Assembly: GCA_963693365.1 (NCBI GenBank)
Contig: CAVNZM010000001.1
Coordinates: 13,130,418-13,194,417, forward strand
DNA: 64,000 nt
Reading direction: 5' to 3'
DNA from: Amoebidium appalachense
Taxonomy: Eukaryota > Protista > Ichthyosporea
This document shows positions 14,401 to 23,800 of the stretch, piece by piece. The notes beneath the pieces are model-generated. The model searched no databases. It was not told the DNA's origin and saw nothing but the letters and a program-made list of their open reading frames with translations. Made by a program: the position numbers and the translations under genes. Within the stretch, counting starts at the first letter, position 1. Each line of letters opens with the position of its first letter.

Positions 14401-16735
14401 GGTCACCCAGTGCAAGGGCAGTCTTCTCCTTGCTGCTCTCCTCCAACCTTATCTGCCAAAAAGCTGCTTTTAAATCAAGTTTAGCAAAGTGAGTATAGCC
14501 GTGCAGCTGTGAAAGCTGCTCGTCTATGTTAGGGAGAGGCCATTGGTCTGCCTTAGTGATCCGATTCAGAGCCCTGTAATCGTTCACTAGACGCCAAGAC
14601 CCGTCGGGCTTCTTAACCAATAGCACCGGACTTCTCCACGGACTCGAACTATGCTCCACATGACCCTTTTTTAACATATCACTCACTATTATTAGCGCAT
14701 CCGACAATTTATACTGCTCCATTCTATAGCTAGGCATCACTACCGGCCTATTATCACCTGTGTCGATCTGCATTTCAAACCCTTTAACGAAGCCTACTTC
14801 GTTATCATCGGCCAGAAATGCAAACCGAGTCCCATCAAATAACTTAGCTAGCAATTTTTTCTGTTCTACCGTCCAATCCCCCTCCTTCATACCAAACGGC
14901 AATACTAACTCCGGGTTACCCCCATCACAAGTGGATGCATCCTTGTTCACCGGAGTGCCACTTAACATTTCACCTCCTGTATTACATCGGTGCTGCTCGG
15001 GGTGAGGTTGAGGTACCTCCGGATATAGGCGGTCACCCTTAGCACCCCCCCCTCCCCCCGGCACACCAATGCCCCCGGGCAATTCCTGATGAGTTAGTGC
15101 ATGTATGTGGGGGGCCAGGTCTGTGGCCACCCTGCCCCCCACGGTGTTGGTTAACCCGTCAGATCCACGGGTTAGACCAACACCCTCCCCCCCTGCCTGC
15201 ACATTCTCACACCCGGGGTGACCCTCCTTCCTCTTGGGGGTCGGGGGAGTGGGACCGGTGCTGTCCCGGTCCCCCCCCCCATCGTGTCGGGTGACATTTT
15301 GGTGGCTAACGTTAAATAAAGTTGTTCCCCCTCCTCCTGAGTCACCCTTCGAGCCGGCATCCTCCTTTTGGGTAATAAGAGAGACCTCTATACTACCAAT
15401 CTCATTAGTGAAACTACCGACGGAAACACCTGACCTAATCACTATAGGCTCGATGCCCGGATTCACTAATTCTATTTCTATTGTCTTATCCGGCCATACC
15501 CTACTAAGGGTCCATTGGGCCACCTCCTGAAATGGGGTTTTCGGAGTAAAAACCCCTAAATCCCCTATCCTAACATGATTGCCGGCCCGGACACGTACCG
15601 AAAGTTTGGCACTGATAAGGCTCGATTACTACTTCAGCTACCGTTCTAGCACCAGACTGATAACCGTCGAGCCCATCATGGGTTTTAATTTTAACGCCGG
15701 ACTGCAATTCTAAAACATTCGTACGTTCAAACAAAGCATTCACATGTCTACGGAAAAATGGGGCTCCCAACAAAACACTTTGAGCTAAATCCTTAACCAC
15801 ATAACAAGCAACATGCATAGCCTGGCCACCTATCTCACATGGCAACACACAAACACCTTCCACAGACATACTACTATTATTAGCACTACCTAAGGCTGTG
15901 CTAGAAGCATCTAAAATAGGAATTTCCCCCCCGGCCTGATTAAAACGACGAATAAACGAAGCATGCACACAATTAACCTGAGCCCCTCCATCGAGCAAAG
16001 CAACAGCCTTCAACTTACCATCAGCTAACCATACGTCTATATAATGCCGGCTAAAACCAACTAAATCCTCCTCCAATTCAAGCAACACATCATCACTCAC
16101 ACCCAATCCCTGCCCACGAAGACTCACACCCTCGATACCTACGTGCAACATACCTACCTGTGGTGCCTGCACGGGTGGGGTGGGGTGTGTATGTGGTGTG
16201 GGTTGTGGTGGAGTGTGTGTGTGTGATGTGTGGGTGGGTGGTGTGTGGGTGTTTGGTGTATGTGTGGGTGTGTGTGTGGGTGTAGGTGTGTCTGCAACCG
16301 TCGTATGTTGTTGTGGTGGTGTGTTTCTACGTGTCTGTGCCTTCCCCCCCTTCCCCCTTTACTCGTGTGTGTCCCCCCCCCTCCCGGAAACAATGGCACA
16401 GAAACCCCCTCCGGTGTGGTTAGAATAAACACCGGGTTGGGACAAGAAACACCGAGACCATCCACTTGTGGCTGGGGAACCTCCCCCAACCACAAAACAT
16501 TCACACCATTCATACCTTTGGTAGAGTCACCCCACAAACATTCATGCCATACCACCTCGACGCTGTCTTGAGGACCCACGACGATGCCCGGCTCCCACAC
16601 GTATCGGGGCGGTGAGGGGGCAAAGGGAAGCTTAACCTGGGGTGGGGGAGGGTGAAGGTTCTCTGCAACCTGGGGGGGACCGATACTGTCCCCCCCCCCT
16701 CCCTCAGTGACCCCAGCTTCCCCCTCCCCCGGAAC
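11444..16735 (-). pseudogene. pol: Family A inner pol (PR, RT, RNase H, integrase, chromodomain), frameshifted
   Basis: LLDGGA protease; SPWRSP, DLKAAFWQ, YLDD RT; CDAS/YTDH RNase H; HEHPMAGH..CMHC, DVVGP, TDRS integrase; FIGPY; chromodomain (VDKIMDKK...YLIRFEG...WLPE). A 4-bp insertion at ~15600 plus G-run frameshifts. Confidence 0.92.
16616..16730 (-). promoter_or_regulatory. Extended RNA stem-loop immediately 3' of the family A gag UGA (candidate readthrough stimulator); same sequence at 32563-32677
   Basis: Nested pairings in the mRNA: GGGGG/CCCCC, AGGGGGAAGCU/AGCUUCCCUUU, GGGGU/ACCCC, GGGAGGG/CCCUCCC, GGGGGGGAC/GUCCCCCCC. Starts 5 nt after the UGA. Confidence 0.6.
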
Positions 16736-18070
16736 TCAATAGCTCTTGTAACTACGGCAATATGCAGCAGAGTGCCCTTGCCGGCCACAAAAGTAACATG
16801 CACCAAAGAAGGGGCCAGGGGGGACTTCAAAACCTTGGCGCAAAGCATAACCGGGAGCCCGGTCATGCTGGGGGGGCCCACCGTGTGCACCACGGCCCCC
16901 CCTTCCCCCCTGCCCCCCTCGGCCTCTCTCACCACCATTTCCACCCCTCCCTCTACCCTGCCAACCACCACGAGCAAGATAAGGGGCAAACCTCTCGGTG
17001 AACTGCTGCTGTTGTCCTCCACGTCCACCTCGGCCACGACCGCCGTGTCCACCCCGGTCGCCGCCACGGCCACCCCGGAAGCCGAAGCCCCCTCGGCCAG
17101 AGAAGACGGCTTGGGAGAGCTCGGCAACCTGCTTGACCAACATGGTGAGTGCATCTGGCTGTTCACCCTCTTTTTTCTCTTTTTCCCCCTTCTGTCCACT
17201 CTCCTTCTTTTTCTTTGCTACTTCCATCACCTCCTTTTTATCCCTCTTATTGAATTTCACCTCGTGCATGGCAAGCAAGTGACGTTTAACATGCAACACC
17301 ACCTCATCTACATCATCATGCTCCCCAAACATGCGTGCAGTGTCTGTGTTTACAGAGAGAGCCTTACGAGCAAACTCGAATTTTTCCCTATCACTCACGT
17401 CACCAGCTAACTCACAAAGGTCCTCAAAGACCCGATATTCCCTCTCAAAGAATGCACGAGCTTCTACGGGGGACATATCTAAAGTGGGAAAGGTATACTT
17501 CCATTCTCTGAGCTGGGCCCGGAAGGTACGGCGCCGGTCGGCCGTCAGGTATCGGCCGACGAGCCGGGCCGTATACTCGAGCTCGTTTTCCGGCCGTGTG
17601 AAGGCCTCGAGCTCCCCGTCCACGTCGTCGGTGCTGTTCTCGTCCTCGTCGTCGGGGATGAACCGTGCGGCCAGACGTTTCTGGCCGAGTGTCCGGGACA
17701 CCATCTCGTCCCTCCCCTCGTCGTACTGCTGCTCGTATATACGAGCCGTCACCTGGGGGGCCTGCTCGGCCCGGTACGGGTGCTCCTTTATCAGGGTGCA
17801 TAAGTCGGCCATTGTTTTGTGGTCGATGCACTGTTTGATCATTAAGCACGAGGCCGCCACAGTGGGGGCCTTCTTTGTGTCTAACACTAGTGTGGGTGTG
17901 TTAGCTAGGAGTGTCCTTAGCCAGCTAGGTATTTCCGAGTCGTGTTTGAGTATAAAACTGAAAGCTGTGGTCTGTCTAACGTCTAGTGTATGAACCTGTG
18001 GTACCTGTGTGTGCAGGGAGCTATCCTCCGCTGCCAGTGCGTAGAACATGTCTACGTTAAACTGAGCCAT
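16736..18070 (-). CDS. gag: Family A inner Gag (444 aa) with RGG-rich region and CCHC knuckle
   Basis: Open ORF; RGG repeats; CYFCGRQGHSAAYC; ends KSY-TGA. Confidence 0.9.
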   Translation of the reverse strand: MAQFNVDMFYALAAEDSSLHTQVPQVHTLDVRQTTAFSFILKHDSEIPSWLRTLLANTPTLVLDTKKAPTVAASCLMIKQCIDHKTMADLCTLIKEHPYRAEQAPQVTARIYEQQYDEGRDEMVSRTLGQKRLAARFIPDDEDENSTDDVDGELEAFTRPENELEYTARLVGRYLTADRRRTFRAQLREWKYTFPTLDMSPVEARAFFEREYRVFEDLCELAGDVSDREKFEFARKALSVNTDTARMFGEHDDVDEVVLHVKRHLLAMHEVKFNKRDKKEVMEVAKKKKESGQKGEKEKKEGEQPDALTMLVKQVAELSQAVFSGRGGFGFRGGRGGDRGGHGGRGRGGRGGQQQQFTERFAPYLARGGWQGRGRGGNGGERGRGGQGGRGGRGAHGGPPQHDRAPGYALRQGFEVPPGPFFGACYFCGRQGHSAAYCRSYKSY

Positions 18071-18192
18071 TGTGTGGTGTGTGCCCGAACTTGTGTGGTT
18101 GTGTTTATGTTTTTTTTTTTTTTTTTTTTTTTTTTTCTGTGTGTTTGAGGTGTAGCAACAGCCCAGAAGGAACTGTCACCGCGTTACCCTAG

Positions 18193-18802
18193 TGTAAACA
18201 TCTGTACACGCCGTACATGTTTACTATTACGAATATACTGTACATATCATAGTGATCACGTAGATATTGTGTACATATGATCAGATCAATATCACACGCG
18301 ACAGCCGCGGGCTGCGGCTCACGACTGAGCCGCGGCGCCGGCAATATGCAGTGGCCGTGCAGTCAGTATGAACCAATAGAATTCGAGAACCGCTAGGATA
18401 GGAATGCAAGTCTCATCCACTACGGAGGCGACATCTATAGCTAAACGAGCGGAACCAATAAGGAAATCAGACCCAGTTGCATAAACCTAAACGGGCTTAA
18501 GTATTGACCAATCATTTGCCACAAAGTTATCCTTTTAGTTAGCTTCATGTTATTGGTGCACTGTGTGCACATAAAGACGACCGCACTCTTCTGACTGGTC
18601 AGAAGTCACGAAGGCATCAATGCCACCCATCCAGATGATCCGGAACCTGGGGGCTATATAAACAAGCCGTCCCAGTACGGGGGATCACTCTGAACGAGCA
18701 CATTAAATAGTAACCTGGCCGCGTGTGCCTTACTACCCGTTCTCTGTCTTTATTCTGATTCAGTTGTTCTCTGCCTTATCCCAACTAGTTCAACTGTTTA
18801 CA
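18193..18802 (+). repeat. Family B 5' LTR
   Basis: 8-bp terminal inverted repeats; TATATAAA at ~18655; ATTAAA at ~18702. Confidence 0.96.
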
Positions 18803-18803
18803 T

Positions 18804-18814
18804 TGGCGACCGCG
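18804..18814 (+). promoter_or_regulatory. Family B primer-binding site (TGGCGACCGCG), probably tRNA-Arg
   Basis: Starts with TGG 1 nt after the LTR. Complementary to a CGCGGUCG-CCA acceptor end of the GACCGCG-start tRNA-Arg type; the tRNA identity is inferred. Confidence 0.75.
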
Positions 18815-18854
18815 CAGTTCCAGAATCTCACATCTTTCAAGAATCTCTTCAACC

Positions 18855-20855
18855 ATGGCGGGCGAATTTGACGACTACCCTGTACTCTCGGACAATGAAA
18901 GCAAACTGACACGTGACACCAAGAAGCCTACCGCAGTCAAACCGCCGCCCCCAACGCAGAAGAAAGCCAAGACTCCGGGGCAGGGCACGAAAACACTCCC
19001 CACCCCTCCCCCTACACAGCCTCGTGCTCCCCAGAAACCGAACACGATCACAAAACCCAACACACACACGAACACAAAGGCAACTACGAAGCCCACTGGC
19101 AACGAACAAACGAAGCCCAACGAAAGCACGAAACCCAAAGACAAAACGAAGCGCAACGAACACACGAAAACCAACGAACATACGAACACCAACGAACACA
19201 CGAACACCAACAAACACACGAACGAACTTCAAGTAGCAACGAAGGAAAAAACGAAACAAGACCGGGACACTGCCACAGCTCTGGCAGAGGTGCGGGGCCG
19301 TGTTCTCTCCAAGTTCTATCGTATTGAAACTCTGAGACGTGCCATTCAAACTGCAATCGATGCTGGGCGGCCTGTGATGGACCTCGAAGCTGATGTCGCG
19401 CAGATTTACAGTGAGATTTCGCAGATGGAAGACACCACACTGTCTAGAATGTTGTGCACGTCCGCGAAATGGTCTGAGTTGGAGCGGGAAGCACAGTTGG
19501 TGGCTGAGGCACGTGTGAAAAATACGACGGTGCCCACCACCCCCCGTCCTCCCCCACCCACCACAGGCAAGAAGCCTTTGTCCCCGGTCCCATCTGGGTG
19601 CACTGATCCCAAGGTAATTGCACCTCCCGCACCCCCCACTAAATTTACATATAAGGATGTGCTTGCGCGCACACTCAGCTACACTGATTCTGATGCTGAA
19701 AATGAAGAAAAACACGAACAAAGTTACGAAGACACACCCACAAACGAAAACGAACACATGACTGCGAAAGTGCATGAAGAAGATCACTTCGACCAGCCTA
19801 AAGCACCCGTATTTAACGAAATCCCCCTTGCAGGATCCCCTCTGGCGTCTGCAGGTGGACTGGCAGGCACGCCAAGTCGCCCGAGAGGCTCTGATGTCAG
19901 CACAGGCTCAGGAGGTAAGGCTGGGTCTATATTGAACAAGCACTTTGCAGAGCACGAAAAACTGTGGTTGCACCCTCTCCGCCAGTTGCATGCATCCGAA
20001 TACGGCCCCATCTTGGCTGCATTGAAACTACCAGAATACAAGGGTGACTTGCAGGATAAATGCACGGTGATTGAATGGCTGCACGAATTTTCCCAGCAGA
20101 TGTTTTGCATTGCAGGGGTCCCCCCCACACTTGCTGTTCGCTGGGCGGTGCAGTGCTTTCCTCTTGCTTCCCCCGCCCGTGTGTGGTACACGAATTTTAC
20201 CAGGACACAGGGAGAACTCACGTTTGATGCATTTGCACATGCACTAGTTACGAAATTTCACGACCAGCGTGTGCAAGAGGCACTCAGTGCCGAATTAAAT
20301 GCACTCAAACAAGGCAAGCAAAAGGTGGCCGAATTTGCAAGCAGGCATGCGCGTTTGTGGGCACGTGTGTACCCCCTTAAGTCTGAGGCACACCAAATTT
20401 TGGATTTGTCTCACCGATTGGGTGGGGAAGACGAACAAGAATTTCGCAAATATCAACTCAGACAAACACGAAAAGAAGAAGAATTGACCCTGTCTGGAGT
20501 TGTTGCCTATCTCGCAGAAAAAGAAAGAGACAGGCACACACGAACCCCATCCACCATTCTAACACAGAAACCCCCCACAAAACAGCAACCCGGTGGTGGA
20601 TCTGGTGCCAGCGAGAAGCCGTCTATTTTTTCGCGCATGGGCACCACCCCCTGCAACCGTGGGTGCAAGTACGGCAGCCACGCCGAAGGCACGACGTGCC
20701 CGGCCCTCAAATTCGAATGCCACTCCTGCAAGCAGAAGGGGCACTTTGGGGGGTCACCAATTTGCCCCAAGTACGACCCCAACTTTAAGAAGGGAACCCG
20801 CAAGGCAGAGATTGAGGCTAATCGGGCCAAGTTCAAGAGAGCACGTGTAGAATAG
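18855..20855 (+). CDS. gag: Family B Gag (666 aa)
   Basis: ACCATGG start context; LPEYKG..IEWL, ARVWY, LKQG retrotransposon-gag motifs; two Cys/His knuckles at 20652-20765; T/K/N/P-rich N-terminus; ends in TAG. Confidence 0.92.
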   Translation: MAGEFDDYPVLSDNESKLTRDTKKPTAVKPPPPTQKKAKTPGQGTKTLPTPPPTQPRAPQKPNTITKPNTHTNTKATTKPTGNEQTKPNESTKPKDKTKRNEHTKTNEHTNTNEHTNTNKHTNELQVATKEKTKQDRDTATALAEVRGRVLSKFYRIETLRRAIQTAIDAGRPVMDLEADVAQIYSEISQMEDTTLSRMLCTSAKWSELEREAQLVAEARVKNTTVPTTPRPPPPTTGKKPLSPVPSGCTDPKVIAPPAPPTKFTYKDVLARTLSYTDSDAENEEKHEQSYEDTPTNENEHMTAKVHEEDHFDQPKAPVFNEIPLAGSPLASAGGLAGTPSRPRGSDVSTGSGGKAGSILNKHFAEHEKLWLHPLRQLHASEYGPILAALKLPEYKGDLQDKCTVIEWLHEFSQQMFCIAGVPPTLAVRWAVQCFPLASPARVWYTNFTRTQGELTFDAFAHALVTKFHDQRVQEALSAELNALKQGKQKVAEFASRHARLWARVYPLKSEAHQILDLSHRLGGEDEQEFRKYQLRQTRKEEELTLSGVVAYLAEKERDRHTRTPSTILTQKPPTKQQPGGGSGASEKPSIFSRMGTTPCNRGCKYGSHAEGTTCPALKFECHSCKQKGHFGGSPICPKYDPNFKKGTRKAEIEANRAKFKRARVE

Positions 20856-23800
20856 GAAGGCGGGCAAGGGACTGGTCTCTCCCCAGTAGAACATAATGTA
20901 TTTGATTTAATAGCAGAGCTGGAACTGTGTTCCCCTCTGGCAGATAAATTGCAAAATAAATCTACTGGTGCGGAAATTTCTGTTGTCTCGGAGCCCTCCC
21001 ACGAATCTGCATGTGCCCCACCCCCCCACGAACAGTTACCCCCGTGTACTGACCCCCCCATGCACACGCACACCCCGCCCCCGCGCAAAAAGAAAAATGT
21101 GCATTTTGCTGACCGTGTGCACTCCTCCATTGCAGAACCACGGCATGAAAATGCCACTGTGTGCACATTAACCCACGAAAATAAATGCACAGCCACACTT
21201 GCGCGAATGTATGTGCATGGGAAGCTAGTCACAGTAGTTGTCGACTCTGGTGCTAGCCATAGCTGTATAAGCACAGCATTTTACGAATCTCTCCCTGTAG
21301 TGGCAAGAAAACGAATTCAGCATGTTCCTAATTTTAGTGTACTGGATGCACAAAGTAACGAAATGACATGCCAAGGAAGTATATCTCTCACTCTCGCCAT
21401 TCCCAACGAATCTGCTCTAGTGGTGCACAGATGGCATGTGATTGATAATCTACCATATGATGCCTTATTAGGTGTTGATTTCATGGGGCCACAACAGGGA
21501 CGAATTGATTACGGTGCTGCAGAACTTTCGTTCATGTATGCTAAGGGAAATCGCAGGTGCAGTATTCCGGTGTGGTGGTTGCGTGGGAGTGCGGAGGAGA
21601 CAGCTGTTTCTCGCGTATTAATTACCACCACAGGTATTCACCTCCCGGTAGATGCGTCAAATATCGCAACGTGTAAAATAAAACTCGCTGCCGGCGCACC
21701 ACCACCACGAACTTTAGACTGTTGTATGGGCACAGTGGTTCCATGTGGTCCACTTAATTCACGGGCTTACACAACAGCATGCAGTGTCACCAGTTTAGCT
21801 CGAATTTCGAATAACGAACCCCCCCTCTCCACTAGCGAAGAAAGTGTGATCGAGGACGAATACGAATGCAAGGTGTTGTTGACTAACACATCGGACCATC
21901 ATGTGTACCTAGGCCCTGGTACGGAGGTGGCCATGTTTATTCCCTTGCAATCAGATGACACTGTTACTCTTTTAGCACGTCCACACTCCGGTAATGGAAC
22001 CAGGAGGGCGACAACCCCACACCCTGGCCATCCATTAGGTACCTCTGCTAAAACGAACTTTTCTTCGCAGGAATCAACCGACGAACCCACCGAACACGAA
22101 CCACACACTTTCCAGGCGGCTACTAATATTAACGGTAGTATTAAGGTGTGTGAACGGAGTAAAATTATGAATATGAGTACGAAAGAGAACACCACACAGC
22201 GCAGTTCCACGAAAATGAATGGTTTTGGTAATCCAGCACGAACAAAACCAGAGGTAGGGCCACCTACTATCGAAGCAGCAGATGGGGCACCATCTACCAC
22301 TGCACTGGAGGATACGAATAATTTACGAAAGCGTACGCACGAATGTACCTCCGACGGGGAAGCCGCCACAGACGACGACTTGCCTTTTGGGGTCAAACCT
22401 CCAGAAGAATACGACATGCCTGGAACTCCCCCAGACCAACGGAAACCGTTGGCGAAACGGATACGAAAACTGCTTAAGAAATGGAAGCATGTGTTCTCTG
22501 CACACGACAACGACTTTGGTTTGAGTACCTTAGACGAACTGTCGATCGAAGTAACTACCACCATACCACAGTACCGCAGGCCCTATAACATCCCACATCA
22601 CCTTCGCGATAGCCTACACAAACAAATTCAAAATTGGGTAGAGTTTGGAGTGATTGAGCCTGCGTCCAGCCCTTACTCCGCTCCGATGGTGTTGGTGGCG
22701 AAAAAGGACGGGTCTTTAAGAGTCTGCATTGATTTTAGAATGCTGAACTTGATTACGAAGAAAGACGGTTACCCTTTACCACGAATTGACATGGCTCTGG
22801 GTATGCTCAGAGGTGCCCGCGTGTTTTCCGCACTTGATTTAAACGGTGGTTACCACCAAGTCAAAGTAGCCGATAACGACAAAGAAAAACTTGCATTTAC
22901 CACCCCCTGGGGGCAGTATCAATTCGCACGCGCACCTTTTGGAGTAAGTAACATGCCTGCTGTCTTTTCAAGGATGATGAACCGTGTATTCGCTGGTATG
23001 CTGTGGACACATGTACTCATATATCTCGATGATATATTAGTTATGTCACCCACTATCGAAGAACATTTTGGGCATTTAGATTCATGTTTTTCCCGGCTCT
23101 GTGATGCAGGATTAAAACTGAAAGGCAGAAAATGCTCTTTGTTCATGGAAGAAGTTGGCTATTTAGGCCATCGCGTATGCCCGGATGGTATTAAGGTAGA
23201 CCCAGAAAAAGTGGCAGCAATAAAGAATAAAAGCTACCCACAAAATTTATCTGAGCTACGAAGTGACCTCGGGTTATTTTCATATTATCGAATATTTGTG
23301 GACGATTTCAGCCATACGGCTGAACCACTCACGCGAATGCTGGGCACCTCGAAGGAGGATTCAGAATTACTAAAACGAATTCACGCAAAAATGCCCCCCT
23401 CTACGAAACCCGCCAAACGCAACGGCAGCGCAAAACAACGAAAAGACGAAGCAAAAAATTTGCACGCCGATTCTGCAGCTATTTTGGCCACGAAAAAGAA
23501 AGCACAGAAAAATGCTGCATGGGTGTGGGGTACGGAACAGGAGAAAGCATACAATACCCTTAAGAATGCGTTAATTAATGCACCTGTGCTTGCTCACCCC
23601 GATTTCACCAAACCTTTTATTGTTGACTCAGATGCTTCACAGTATGCTCTGGGCGCAGTGATTTCGCAGGTAGGTGATGACGGCAAAGAACGACCCATAG
23701 CTTATGCTAGCAGAACACTCTCTAAGAGTGAACGAAATTATGCGGCGAATAAAAGGGAAGCCTTAGGTGTGTATTGGGCTGTGTGCAAAGCATTTCGCGC

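Noticed and set aside
18849-19787. 312-aa hydrophobic antisense ORF in family B (env-like?)
   Set aside because: It is the mirror of the A/C-rich low-complexity Gag N-terminus, and its position and strand do not fit env.
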